Assembly: GCA_965261395.1 (NCBI GenBank)
Contig: OZ253462.1
Coordinates: 6,016,001-6,080,000, forward strand
DNA from: Candidatus Latescibacterota bacterium
GTDB taxonomy: Bacteria > Latescibacterota > UBA2968 > UBA8231
Reading direction: 5' to 3'
DNA: 64,000 nt
A program made the position numbers and the translations under genes. The notes beneath the pieces were generated by a model that did no database searches, was not told where the DNA came from, and saw only the letters and a list, made by a program, of their open reading frames with translations. Position 1 is the first letter of the stretch. Each line of letters begins with the position of its first letter. This document shows, piece after piece, positions 1 to 9,408 of the stretch.

Positions 1-2133
1 TGGGGCGTTGAAGCTGAAGTGCCCCGGCCGGTAGCCCCGCAGGCGGGCTTCGGGTAGGTCGGCAAACAGGCGGCGAATCGGCGCTAGCAACCCCGTATAG
101 GTCGCCGCATTCGAGCGCGCGGTGCGGCCGATGGGCCGCTGATCAACCGCGACGACGCGCGTCACCTGCTCGATCCCAGCGCAAGAACTATAGGACAGGG
201 GTCGCCGCTGAGCACCGTGCAGTTTGGCCGCCAAGAGCGGATGTAGGGTGTGGCTGACCAGCGAGCTTTTGCCCGACCCGGAAACCCCGGTCACGCAGGT
301 CAAGGTCCCCAACGGCCATTTTACTTCGAGTTGGCGCAAGTTGTGGCCGCGGGCACCGGATAGCACCAACCACCCCTGCGGCTGGCGCGCGCGGGTGCGC
401 GGCAATTGCAGCGCACCGCGCAGATAGCGTCCGGTCAAAGATTCGGCCGCGGCTACCTCGCTCGGCGTGCCCTCGGCCACGACCTGCCCTCCGGCAATTC
501 CCGCGCCCGGCCCCATATCGACCAGCCAGTCGGCCCCGCGCAAGAGTGCCGAGTCGTGTTCGATTAGGAACACGGAGTTCCCGGCGTCGCGCAATGTTCT
601 GAGCGCCTCTAGGAGCTGGGCGGCGTCGCGCGCGTGCAAACCGACGCTGGGTTCATCGAGTACGTAGAGCATCTGGGTGGTGCCCGACGACAGGGCGGAC
701 CCGAGTCGCAGCCGCTGAAATTCTCCACTCGACAGAGTATCGGCGCGGCGGTTCAGTTGCAGGTACTCAAGACCCAGCTCTTGCAACAGGCTCAGTCGGC
801 GGCTGATCTGGGCGCGGATGGCCTCGCCCACAGGGGCTATAGTCACGGGGAAATCGAGGCTCTGGAGCCACTCGACCGCCGCGACAACCGCGCACTCGCC
901 GACCGCGGCAATCGACGCCCCGCCCAATTCCACGGCGAGGGACTCGGGCCGCAAGCGCGCCCCGCCGCAGCTAGGGCACGGTACGTCGTCGAGGCGTTCC
1001 TCCAGCCAGGCCAATTCCTCGCCTTCGGCTTTGGCACCGACGCGCTCAAGCCAGCGCGCCAGTCCGATAAACCGGCCTCGTCCACTCTCTCCGCGCCACA
1101 GCCGTTCGGCCGCTTGCTCCGTCCAGTCGCCTACGGGCTGTTCGGGATCGACTTGGTGCCGCCGGCAGAAGGCCTGCAGGCGGTCGCGCAAATCGCCGTG
1201 CCCAAAGTCGTGCCACAGGGGACCCAGTGCTCCTTCGAGCGTGGCCCGTCCATCGGTAAAGACCTGCTCGCTGCTCAAGCCGCTCTGGACTCCGAGGCCC
1301 CGACACGTCGCGCAGGCTCCGGCCGCGCTATTAAAGGAAAACAGCGCGGGTTCTAGGGGCGGGAAGGGCGCGCCGCAGGCCGAGCACGCTGGCCGCACGG
1401 CAAAAACCAGATCGCTTTCTGCGCCTAGGGTAGAAAGTACCACTTGGCCGTCGCCCGCCTCCAAGGCCGCTTGCAGCGACCCGTGCAAGCGGCGCGCGAT
1501 GCCCTTTTTGACCACGAGGCGATCGACGACCACGGACAGGTGCTGGGCGCAGGCGACGCGCTCGGGTGCGATGTCCTCCAGCAGCAGGTCTTGTTTGTCG
1601 AGGCGCACATGGCGGTAGCCAGCGCGATCAATCGCGGCGAGAACCTGCTCGGGCGTCTCGTCCTCCCGCAGGCGGCGCGGCGCGAGGATCATCAGGCGGG
1701 TCCCATCCGGCATACTCGCCGCCGCTTCGTTTGCTTCCTCAAAGCGATGCGTCTGCACTCGCCCACCGCAGTGGAGGCAGCCGGGCCGACCGACGCGGGC
1801 AAAGAGCAGGCGCAACAGGTCGTAGAGGCCGGACAGGGTCGCGACCGTGGCCCGTGGGCTCTGGTGGCCGGCCCCTCCCGCCAGCGCGAGGGCAGGGGCC
1901 AAGCCGTCGATGCGGCGGACCTTGGGCACGCGCAATGCGCGCCAGCCGCCTCCTTGATCCAGCGCCGCGAGAAAGCGCCGGCGCGCCTCGGCGTAAATCG
2001 TGTCCAATACGAGGGAAGTCTTGCCCGATCCGGACGGGCCGCTGAAGGCGACGAGGGATTCGTGGGGCAGGTCCAAGGAGACGGCGCGCAGGTTGTGTTC
2101 GCAGGCTTCCCGGACGATTAAAGCTGGCTGCAT
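1..2133 (-). CDS. uvrA: Excinuclease ABC subunit A (UvrA) family protein, divergent; C-terminal part beyond the window edge
   Basis: Missing from the ORF track because it is open at the edge. My translation from ATG 2133 reads MQPALIVREACEHNLRAVSLDLP..GPSGSGKTSLVLDTIYAEARRR, then LSSGEFQRLRL..YVLDEPSVGLHARD, a second Walker A CVTGVSGSGKSSLV, and GHFSFNAP at the edge. Confidence 0.9.
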   Translation of the reverse strand, partial: MQPALIVREACEHNLRAVSLDLPHESLVAFSGPSGSGKTSLVLDTIYAEARRRFLAALDQGGGWRALRVPKVRRIDGLAPALALAGGAGHQSPRATVATLSGLYDLLRLLFARVGRPGCLHCGGRVQTHRFEEANEAAASMPDGTRLMILAPRRLREDETPEQVLAAIDRAGYRHVRLDKQDLLLEDIAPERVACAQHLSVVVDRLVVKKGIARRLHGSLQAALEAGDGQVVLSTLGAESDLVFAVRPACSACGAPFPPLEPALFSFNSAAGACATCRGLGVQSGLSSEQVFTDGRATLEGALGPLWHDFGHGDLRDRLQAFCRRHQVDPEQPVGDWTEQAAERLWRGESGRGRFIGLARWLERVGAKAEGEELAWLEERLDDVPCPSCGGARLRPESLAVELGGASIAAVGECAVVAAVEWLQSLDFPVTIAPVGEAIRAQISRRLSLLQELGLEYLQLNRRADTLSSGEFQRLRLGSALSSGTTQMLYVLDEPSVGLHARDAAQLLEALRTLRDAGNSVFLIEHDSALLRGADWLVDMGPGAGIAGGQVVAEGTPSEVAAAESLTGRYLRGALQLPRTRARQPQGWLVLSGARGHNLRQLEVKWPLGTLTCVTGVSGSGKSSLVSHTLHPLLAAKLHGAQRRPLSYSSCAGIEQVTRVVAVDQRPIGRTARSNAATYTGLLAPIRRLFADLPEARLRGYRPGHFSFNAP

Positions 2134-2228
2134 TGAGCCCGTCTATTCGCGCATTTTAAGGAAAACATAAGTGCATAAAACATAGTGTTTGGGTGTTGTA
2201 TAATCCAAGAAGCAGACGGGCTGGAGCA

Positions 2229-2257
2229 TTGACGCTAAATCGCTTAGTCTGTATATT
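2229..2257 (+). promoter_or_regulatory. Putative sigma70 promoter of the TolC-MlaC-MMPL operon
   Basis: TTGACG-17 bp-TATATT with TG just upstream of the -10, in an AT-rich intergenic region. Confidence 0.6.
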
Positions 2258-2349
2258 AACTTAACTATTTTTAACAAGTTATAGAAAATGATGGACCCGC
2301 GCTATCACCGCGAATTCCGCCTCTTCCGCCGCTGAGATTTCCCACTGGC

Positions 2350-3717
2350 ATGCAAATTTGCACCCCCTTATGGCTAGGAGTTTGGGGCCTCGCCATGTGC
2401 TTGCCCGCCCTGCCGGCCCACGCCCAAATGCCCGACAAGCGCTGGACGCTGCCTGAACTCATTGACCGCGCCTTGGAGCGCGATGGCGACGTTGCGAGCG
2501 ACCGCTGGAAGGTCGAGTCGGCCGCGGCCCGCCGCCGCCAAGCTGCAGCCGCCAAAATCCTTCCCCGCCTGCGCATTGACAGCGAAAGCGGCCTAGTCCC
2601 AGACGCTATGGGCAATGTGTTCAACCCTCCCTCCGATACCACGGGCATCCCATCCTTGGGTCCTTTTGCCCGCGCCGAACTGCAATTTGTGCAGCCGCTC
2701 TATCCCTTTAGCCTCGGTCGTCACTTAGACGAGGCTGCCACCCGAGGGGTCGATGTGGAGCAGTCCGACCTTTTGCAGACTCGGTTGGACGTGGCCTTTG
2801 CCGTCAAGGAGCTGTACTACGGACTGCTGTTGGCCCAAGCCCTAGATGCCTTGGCCCAACGCGTGAGCAAGGAGCTGGCTAATAGGGCCGAGGAACTAGA
2901 TGACGACCCTGCGCTCTCGCCATCAGACCGCTACAAGTTGCGGCTGGCCCAGCTCGACTTGGCCGTGCAGCAGCGCGAGGTGGGCGACCAATTGGCCTTG
3001 GCGCGGGCTGCGCTGGCTTGGCGCACTAGCCTGCCCAGCGATGTGCCGCTCCTGCTCCGGGCCGAGCGACTCGCGCCGGTGGCAGCCTCGGTGCCGCCCT
3101 TAGACGAGCTAGTCACACAAGCTGTCGGCCGGCGACCGGAATGGCGCAAGCTGCAGGCGGGCCTCGCCGCCAAACAGGCCCTTGCGCAAGCTGCCCGCGC
3201 CGCGTACCAGCCCCAAGTGTTCATCGGCGGCGGCTTGCGCTACGCCGTGGCCCCTGGGCGCACCGACCAGCGGAACCCATTCGTCAAAGATGAGTTTAAC
3301 TTTTTTAACGGCGGCGTCTTCATCGGGGTGCGGCAATCCTTGGAATGGCACTTGTTGGCAGCAGATGTAGCTAGGGCCCGCGCTGAATACCGCGCGCTCG
3401 AAGCGCGCGTCCCGGGCGCGCAGGAAGGGATCCGCTTAGATGTCCACCGCGCCTATTTGGGCTATCGCCGCGCCGACCGCGACCTGCAAGATGCGCGCCA
3501 GAGCCGGCAATTGGCCCGGCAGTGGCTGCGGGAAGCCCGCGACGATTTTGAGTTCGACCCGCAGACCATCGGCGAATTGATCGTCGCCTTTGAGACCTGG
3601 GCCCGCCGCGAACAAGGCTACGGCGAAGCCCTGTACGACTTTAACCTCAGCGTCGCCCGCCTCGAAAAAGCCACGGGCGGTCTCGAACTGATCCCACGCG
3701 ATGAACCATCTCCTTAG
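2350..3717 (+). CDS. TolC-family outer membrane efflux protein
   Basis: 455 aa with a signal peptide and OEP-like repeats (LPELIDRAL..P.L.I; RRPEWRKLQA..ARAAYQPQV; Y..ALYDFNLSVARLEKATG). Confidence 0.85.
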   Translation: MQICTPLWLGVWGLAMCLPALPAHAQMPDKRWTLPELIDRALERDGDVASDRWKVESAAARRRQAAAAKILPRLRIDSESGLVPDAMGNVFNPPSDTTGIPSLGPFARAELQFVQPLYPFSLGRHLDEAATRGVDVEQSDLLQTRLDVAFAVKELYYGLLLAQALDALAQRVSKELANRAEELDDDPALSPSDRYKLRLAQLDLAVQQREVGDQLALARAALAWRTSLPSDVPLLLRAERLAPVAASVPPLDELVTQAVGRRPEWRKLQAGLAAKQALAQAARAAYQPQVFIGGGLRYAVAPGRTDQRNPFVKDEFNFFNGGVFIGVRQSLEWHLLAADVARARAEYRALEARVPGAQEGIRLDVHRAYLGYRRADRDLQDARQSRQLARQWLREARDDFEFDPQTIGELIVAFETWARREQGYGEALYDFNLSVARLEKATGGLELIPRDEPSP

Positions 3718-4981
3718 CGCGGCTTTGCTGTTGGCTTTGGTCGGCCCAAGCGACGGTGGGGCCGACGCAGCTTGGGCGACGGCGACCGTGGCGCAGCTAA
3801 ACGCGCTGCTAGAGGCACCCAACCGCGAGCGCGCCGGCTTGGCCGACCGCTTAGTGAGCGAGCATTTGGCCTTGGACGAGTTCACCGCGGCGACCTTTGG
3901 CGACTATCTCGAAAAGTCGCTGGACCCATACATCAGCCTGCTATCCAGCCCGCGCTTTGCACACCTCGTCGAGCACTATCGCAGCCGACTAGCTAGAGCC
4001 TACCAGCACCGCCTCAGCGCCGACTTGGCCGCCCAACTCGCTTCCCCGGACTTGCGTGGCTTGCGCTTGGATAGCCTCCAAGTGAATAGTCGGCGGGGCC
4101 GTGCGCAGCTTCGCGCGTTATTTGTCGCTCGCTCGCTCGGCGTGGAGGCCGACTTGATCTTTGCGGCCGGAACTTGGAAAATCGCTGAGCTGAAGATCGA
4201 CGGCCAGCCCGTCTCCAGCCACTATCGGCGTCGCTACCAGTCGCTGATCGACAGAGGCCATTCTCCGCCGGTACTGGAAGCCCAGCTAGCTGAGCGCGAG
4301 TTTGTCGTCCTCGAGGATTTCGCTGCTACTTGGGACGGATCGCAGCCCATGGAGTGGGGGCCGTGGAAGAAAAAGGACCGCCACAAACCCGTACTCTACC
4401 GCGTAGAGGGTCGCCCGCGGCGCTACATGGCGGCGCGCGATTCGAGCCATTCGGTCATCGTGGGAAAATTCATCCACTGGAATCCCCGCCAATACCCGAT
4501 TATGACTTGGTGCTGGCGGGCCGCAGCCTTGCCGCTAGGCGGCAACGAGTTCCTCGACGATGCCAACGACAGCGCAGCCGGCGTGTACGTCATCTTCTCC
4601 AAGAATTGGCTGGGGATTCCCAAACAGCTCAAATACGTGTGGAGCACGACCTTGCCCGAAGGCACGGTGGGGCGGCGCGACAAGATATTTCGGCCTTGGT
4701 TCTTCGTCGTCGAAAGCGGCGCGACCAACTTGGGCAAATGGACCTTTGAGGTCGTTGACTTGGAGAAACACCACCGGGAAAAGCTCGGCGGCCGGCCGGC
4801 CAAGCGCACCATTGGCTTGGGGCTGCTGACAGACGCCAACTCGACCCGTTCGTACGCCGAAGCGTACTACGCAGATCTGCGAGTCTGGACGCGTCAGGCC
4901 TTTGACGGCGGGCGTATCACCAACTATTGCGGTGGACTCCCCGTCCCCAACGGCGCGTACGCAGAGGAGAATTCTCAATGA
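3701..4981 (+). CDS. Secreted fusion: MlaC/Ttg2D-like N-terminal domain + DUF3047 C-terminal domain
   Basis: N-terminal domain ends in WKIAELKIDGQPVSSHYRRRYQSLIDRG (MlaC-type motif). C-terminal YPIMTWCWR..DSAAGVYVIF..LKYVWS..VVESG..GKW..LLTDANST is typical of DUF3047. Confidence 0.7.
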   Translation: MNHLLSAALLLALVGPSDGGADAAWATATVAQLNALLEAPNRERAGLADRLVSEHLALDEFTAATFGDYLEKSLDPYISLLSSPRFAHLVEHYRSRLARAYQHRLSADLAAQLASPDLRGLRLDSLQVNSRRGRAQLRALFVARSLGVEADLIFAAGTWKIAELKIDGQPVSSHYRRRYQSLIDRGHSPPVLEAQLAEREFVVLEDFAATWDGSQPMEWGPWKKKDRHKPVLYRVEGRPRRYMAARDSSHSVIVGKFIHWNPRQYPIMTWCWRAAALPLGGNEFLDDANDSAAGVYVIFSKNWLGIPKQLKYVWSTTLPEGTVGRRDKIFRPWFFVVESGATNLGKWTFEVVDLEKHHREKLGGRPAKRTIGLGLLTDANSTRSYAEAYYADLRVWTRQAFDGGRITNYCGGLPVPNGAYAEENSQ

Positions 4982-5613
4982 AAATGGTATGGTGCGTCGC
5001 GTGGGCCGTCTTCTGCGCGGCGGCTGTTAGTGCGGCCGCAGAGGACGACGACCCCATCGCCTTCCTCAAGGGCCACGACGCTGAGGTGCAGGCCATCCTC
5101 GCTGAGGCACCGGCCGACTCGCTACCCCCGGCCCTGCGGGAAGAGATCAAGGAGCATATCAACGCGGCCTTTGACTTCTGGGAATTGAGTCGCCTCGCCT
5201 TGGGGGATTATTGGGAAGAACGCTCCCCGGCCGAGCGCGACCACTTCGCCGAGACCTTCAGCAGCATCATCCGCGAGCAGAATTTTGCCAGCTTCTCCCG
5301 CTACTACCGCGAGGGTGAGATCCGCTACGAGTCGGCCGAGGTGCAAGGGGACGCGGCTGTGGTCCAAGCGCTGGCACCCGTGCGGGACGAGCAAATAGAG
5401 ATCGAGTACAAGCTCCATCGGGTGGAGGGTTTGTGGCGGATATACGACTTGGTCATCGACGGCGTCAGCACTGCCGAGGGCAACAGGCGACGCTACGCCC
5501 GCTACATCGAGAAAAATGGCTACGAGCAGCTAATCGTCCAGCTCGACAAGCAGTTGGCCCGCCTGCGGGAAACGATTCTCTCGCCGCCTTCAGGCGGTGC
5601 AACCGAGGATTAA
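4978..5613 (+). CDS. MlaC/Ttg2D (HpnM-like) periplasmic lipid-binding protein
   Basis: ATG 4978 with a GAGGAG RBS and ATGA overlap. Motifs FDFWELSRLALG.YW and WRIYDLVIDGVSTAEGNRRRY. Confidence 0.85.
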   Translation: MKMVWCVAWAVFCAAAVSAAAEDDDPIAFLKGHDAEVQAILAEAPADSLPPALREEIKEHINAAFDFWELSRLALGDYWEERSPAERDHFAETFSSIIREQNFASFSRYYREGEIRYESAEVQGDAAVVQALAPVRDEQIEIEYKLHRVEGLWRIYDLVIDGVSTAEGNRRRYARYIEKNGYEQLIVQLDKQLARLRETILSPPSGGATED

Positions 5614-5622
5614 CCCTCCGCC

Positions 5623-8022
5623 ATGCCCATAAGCCACCAGCGCTTGGTTCGCTACATCTACCACCACTACATCGGCATCATCGCGCTGGCCACACTGCTG
5701 TCGGTATTTGCCGGGTTTTTTGCCGCCAAGCTGGCCGGAAATATCAAGACCGACTTCGCCGACCTCCTGTCCGACGACTACGTCAGCGTCAGCGAACTCA
5801 ACCGCATCAAGGCCCGCATCGGCGGCATTGGCCCGCTGATGGTCGTCATTACCAGCGACGACTTGGACGCGGCCGTTTCCTTCATGCTGGTCTTGGCCGA
5901 TTCGCTCGAACACAGCCCGCTGATTAGCTCAGTGAGCCTCCTCGACAGCAAAAAGGATCTGCTCGAAAAAAACCAACTCCTCTACATGGACTTAGAGGAC
6001 CTGCAAGAAATCAACCGCCGCCTCGACGAGCACGTAGAGTTGCAAAAACTCAAGCAGTCGCCGCTCTATTTCGCCTTTGACGACGAGGAAGAGCAGGTGC
6101 TCGACTTTGCGGATATCGAGGCTAAGTACCAGCAGGACGGCGCGGCGACCGCGGTTGCAGAGCAATACCGCCAATACTTCGTCACGCAAGAGGGCAACGG
6201 CGTCATCCTGCGGCTCTATCCGGCCGGGCTTACCACAGACGTCGTCTTCTCGCAGGCCCTGATTGACCATCTCGACCAGACCATTGCCGCCATCGGCCCG
6301 GAGCGCTTCCACCCCAGCATCGAATGCGTGTACAAGGGCAGTTTCCAAAACAGCGCCAACCAATTCACGATCATTATACAAGATCTCAAGTCAACGGCCT
6401 TGTATAGCATCGTCGGCGTGCTCCTGCTCATCACGCTGTTCTTCCGCCAAGTGATTGGCTCGCTCTTCATCACCTTGCCGCTGCTGATGAGCTTGACTTG
6501 GACTTTTGGCGTCACCTACTTGGCCATCGGCAGCCTCAACATGATCACCGTGGGGCTTTTCGCCATCCTCTTTGGGCTGGGCATCGACTTTGGCATTCAC
6601 ATCTTTGCCCGCTACCGCGAGGCCCGACGCCGAGGTATGGACATCGAACAGGCCCTGACCGTGACCGTCAGGCACACGGGTAAGTCCCTGGCGACGACGG
6701 CGTTCACTACCTCGGTCGCCTTTTATTCACTGCTGTTGACGGATTTTAAGGGCTTCTCGGAATTCGGTTTTATCGTGGGCACCGGCATCCTCTTTTCGCT
6801 GGTGGCCATGGTCGCTATATGCCCGGCCTTCATCGTCCTCGCCGAGCGCCTGCGGTGGATTACCCCGATCCGCAAGCGAAGCGTCCTGTGGCGCACCGGT
6901 CGCTATCCAAAGCCTTGGGCTACCTTATTGATCGGCGCGGTGATCACCGGGTACTCGCTGTATCATCTCAACGATTTGGAATTTGAATACGACTTCAGCA
7001 AGCTCAAGCCCGCGCCGCCACCCAACACCAACAAGGGCAGCCTGCCCCAGAGCCTGAAGGAGGGACGCTCGCCGGCCATCGTGCTGACCGAAAGCTACGA
7101 CGAAGCCATGGAGGTGGTTGGCACGGTCGAGGCCATCAAGGCCGCCCACGGCGACTCCACCACAGTCCTCAGCGTCAAGAGCGTGTACTCCGCGCTGCCG
7201 CAAGCCCAAGACGCCAAGCTGGCGCTCATCGCCGACATCCGCACCTCGCTCGACCGGGAAGAGGGCCTGTTCAGCGAGAGCGAGCGGGCCAAGCTGGACT
7301 CGCTGCGCCCGTACCTCGACGTGGAGAAGCTAACGCTCTACGATCTGCCCGCGGACTTGACCAACGCGTTCAAGGACAAGGACGGCAACATTCTCAACTT
7401 CGTGGCGATCAACGCCTCGGTCGAGCTCAAAAACGGGAGAGACGCCATCCGTTTTGCCGAGGAAATCAGCCATATTGAAACGCCGACGGGCAAGACCTAC
7501 ATAGCCTCTAGCTCGCACATTATCGTCGCCGAGATGCTCAAGGTCATGCTCAAAGACAGCTCCCTCGCCGTTTTCCTCACGCTCGCGGTGGTCGCGGTGG
7601 TGCTGCTCATCGACCTGCGGAGTTTTGTCGATACCCTGCTGGTGCTGACGCCGCTTGTGAACGCCTTGATATGGGTCGTGGGCTTCATGTATGCGTTTGA
7701 CATCAAGCTCAACCTCTACAACATGGTCGCCTTCCCGACGATCATCGGCATGGGCGTTGACAACAGCGTCCACATCTTCCACCGCTACCAAGAAGTCGGC
7801 CGCGGCTCGCTGCGACTGGTGTTGCGCACGACCGGGCTCGCGCTATTGGCTACGTCGCTGACGACGATGGTCGGCTTCTCGGGATTGGTGCCGGCCATCC
7901 ACCCGGCGCTCACGTCGATTGGCGTACTCTCGCTGGTGGGCTTGGGATCCTGTTTTATCACGTCCGTCACCCTGCTGCCGGCCCTGCTGCAAATCCGCGA
8001 GCGCCGCGCTGAGAAGCTCTAA
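5623..8022 (+). CDS. MMPL/RND-family inner membrane transporter (HpnN-like)
   Basis: 799 aa with two repeats of (TM + periplasmic loop + TM bundle). GLGIDFGIH and GMGVDNSVH motifs. Confidence 0.88.
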   Translation: MPISHQRLVRYIYHHYIGIIALATLLSVFAGFFAAKLAGNIKTDFADLLSDDYVSVSELNRIKARIGGIGPLMVVITSDDLDAAVSFMLVLADSLEHSPLISSVSLLDSKKDLLEKNQLLYMDLEDLQEINRRLDEHVELQKLKQSPLYFAFDDEEEQVLDFADIEAKYQQDGAATAVAEQYRQYFVTQEGNGVILRLYPAGLTTDVVFSQALIDHLDQTIAAIGPERFHPSIECVYKGSFQNSANQFTIIIQDLKSTALYSIVGVLLLITLFFRQVIGSLFITLPLLMSLTWTFGVTYLAIGSLNMITVGLFAILFGLGIDFGIHIFARYREARRRGMDIEQALTVTVRHTGKSLATTAFTTSVAFYSLLLTDFKGFSEFGFIVGTGILFSLVAMVAICPAFIVLAERLRWITPIRKRSVLWRTGRYPKPWATLLIGAVITGYSLYHLNDLEFEYDFSKLKPAPPPNTNKGSLPQSLKEGRSPAIVLTESYDEAMEVVGTVEAIKAAHGDSTTVLSVKSVYSALPQAQDAKLALIADIRTSLDREEGLFSESERAKLDSLRPYLDVEKLTLYDLPADLTNAFKDKDGNILNFVAINASVELKNGRDAIRFAEEISHIETPTGKTYIASSSHIIVAEMLKVMLKDSSLAVFLTLAVVAVVLLIDLRSFVDTLLVLTPLVNALIWVVGFMYAFDIKLNLYNMVAFPTIIGMGVDNSVHIFHRYQEVGRGSLRLVLRTTGLALLATSLTTMVGFSGLVPAIHPALTSIGVLSLVGLGSCFITSVTLLPALLQIRERRAEKL

Positions 8023-8033
8023 CTTTGGCAGCC

Positions 8034-9179
8034 ATGCGCGTCGGCATTGTAGGAGCGGGCATTTTCGGCTTGGCCGCGGCCCTGGAACTCAACCGGCGGG
8101 GTCACCGGGTCACCCTCTTTGAACGCGGCCCCATCCCCTGTCCGGATGCCTCCTCGACCGATGTGGCCAAAGTCATCCGCCGCACCAGCTACCCCGAGGA
8201 GACCTACCACGAACTAGTCGAGCGGGCCGCGCACCAGTGGCGCCGGTGGCACGACCAGCTCAGCCGGGCGATCTACTACCAGACCGGCAAGCTCAATATC
8301 TGGAGCGATTTGCCCACCGACAGCCCGGCTTGCCGCGGCTTGGAGACGCTGCACCAGCGGGGGAAGACGGTCGAAGTGCTGAGCCCTACTCAGGTCCGCC
8401 AGCGCTTTCCCCAATTTGCTGTGCAGGACGACGACACGCTCTTTTACGATCCTTGGTCCGGCTATTTGCGCAGCGGTCAGGCCGTGGCCGATCTGGCCGA
8501 TCTGGCCCGGGACCAGGGCGTTGCTATCCGCTCCCACACCCCGGTGCAGGCCATGGACGAGACCGACCGGGGTATCCGCCTAGCCACAAGGCAAGAGCGC
8601 CCTCTATTCGACCGCGTCGTGGTTGCCGCCGGTGCCTGGGTGGTGCGGCTTTTTCCCACGTTAAAGGACCACCTGAGCATAACGCGCCAGCAAATGGCCT
8701 TCTTGGCCCCGGCCGAGCCCGAAAAGTTCGCCCAGAAGATCTTCCCCGTGTGGACGGCGCTGAGTCCCGAGGCGGCCTGGTACGGCTTCCCGCTGCTGCG
8801 CGAAGGGTACGTCAAAATCGCCGAGGACAGCAAAGTGGAGCGCGCCGAGCCCGAGGCCGATCGCCAACCCAGCCCCAGCTTCCTCGACCAGGCCCACGCC
8901 TTTGTCGCCCAGCGCCTGCCCGCGCTGGAAGGGGCCCGACTGGTGGGGGGCCGCGCCTGCCTGTACACCAATACGCCCGACGACCACTTTGTCATCGACT
9001 GGGCCCCGGCGGCACAGGGGATTCTCATCGCCGGCTGTGGCAGCGGCCACGGCTTTAAATTCGGCGGCTCCATTGGACCGGTTATAGCCGACGCCCTGGA
9101 GGACCGCAAAAATCCACTGGGCGATTTGTTCCGCCTTGGCCAGCGCTTTGCCGGCCCGGCGGACCCCTCTGGAAATTGA
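8034..9179 (+). CDS. FAD-dependent oxidoreductase, monomeric sarcosine oxidase/SolA-like
   Basis: GIVGAGIFG dinucleotide-binding motif, ASSTDVAKVIR, CLYTNTPDDHFVID and GSGHGFKF. Confidence 0.85.
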   Translation: MRVGIVGAGIFGLAAALELNRRGHRVTLFERGPIPCPDASSTDVAKVIRRTSYPEETYHELVERAAHQWRRWHDQLSRAIYYQTGKLNIWSDLPTDSPACRGLETLHQRGKTVEVLSPTQVRQRFPQFAVQDDDTLFYDPWSGYLRSGQAVADLADLARDQGVAIRSHTPVQAMDETDRGIRLATRQERPLFDRVVVAAGAWVVRLFPTLKDHLSITRQQMAFLAPAEPEKFAQKIFPVWTALSPEAAWYGFPLLREGYVKIAEDSKVERAEPEADRQPSPSFLDQAHAFVAQRLPALEGARLVGGRACLYTNTPDDHFVIDWAPAAQGILIAGCGSGHGFKFGGSIGPVIADALEDRKNPLGDLFRLGQRFAGPADPSGN

Positions 9180-9275
9180 ACGTAGATTCCCCGAAACTCG
9201 ACCTGAGACAAGACCGGGCCAGCTTTTCTCAATGGGGGTTTTAGCTATATTGAAATGGAGGTTGAAGCAAAAAAA

Positions 9276-9351
9276 TGGAGCGAGAGACGGGACTCGAACC
9301 CGCGACAACCACGTTGGCAACGTGGAGCTCTACCAACTGAGCTACTCTCGC
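9276..9351 (-). tRNA. tRNA-Gly (GCC)
   Basis: Reverse complement is GCGAGAGTAGCTCAGTTGGTAGAGCTCCACGTTGCCAACGTGGTTGTCGCGGGTTCGAGTCCCGTCTCTCGCTCCA: 76 nt, GCC anticodon, encoded CCA. Confidence 0.98.
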
Positions 9352-9379
9352 TCGAAAATCAATCACTATGGAAGGAAAA

Positions 9380-9408
9380 AATATAACCATGCCCCATATA
9401 AGCGTCAA
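9380..9408 (-). promoter_or_regulatory. Putative sigma70 promoter of tRNA-Gly, overlapping the first codons of the divergent CDS
   Basis: Minus strand TTGACG (9408-9403)-17 bp-TATATT (9385-9380), the same hexamers as the promoter at 2229. Confidence 0.6.

Noticed and set aside
188-2121. Several + strand ORFs (634-1356, 818-1618, 1444-2121)
   Set aside because: They are antisense shadows of the minus-strand uvrA, which carries all the recognisable motifs.
9180-9351. Prophage or integrative element at tRNA-Gly
   Set aside because: I saw no integrase and no duplicated tRNA 3' end in the window.
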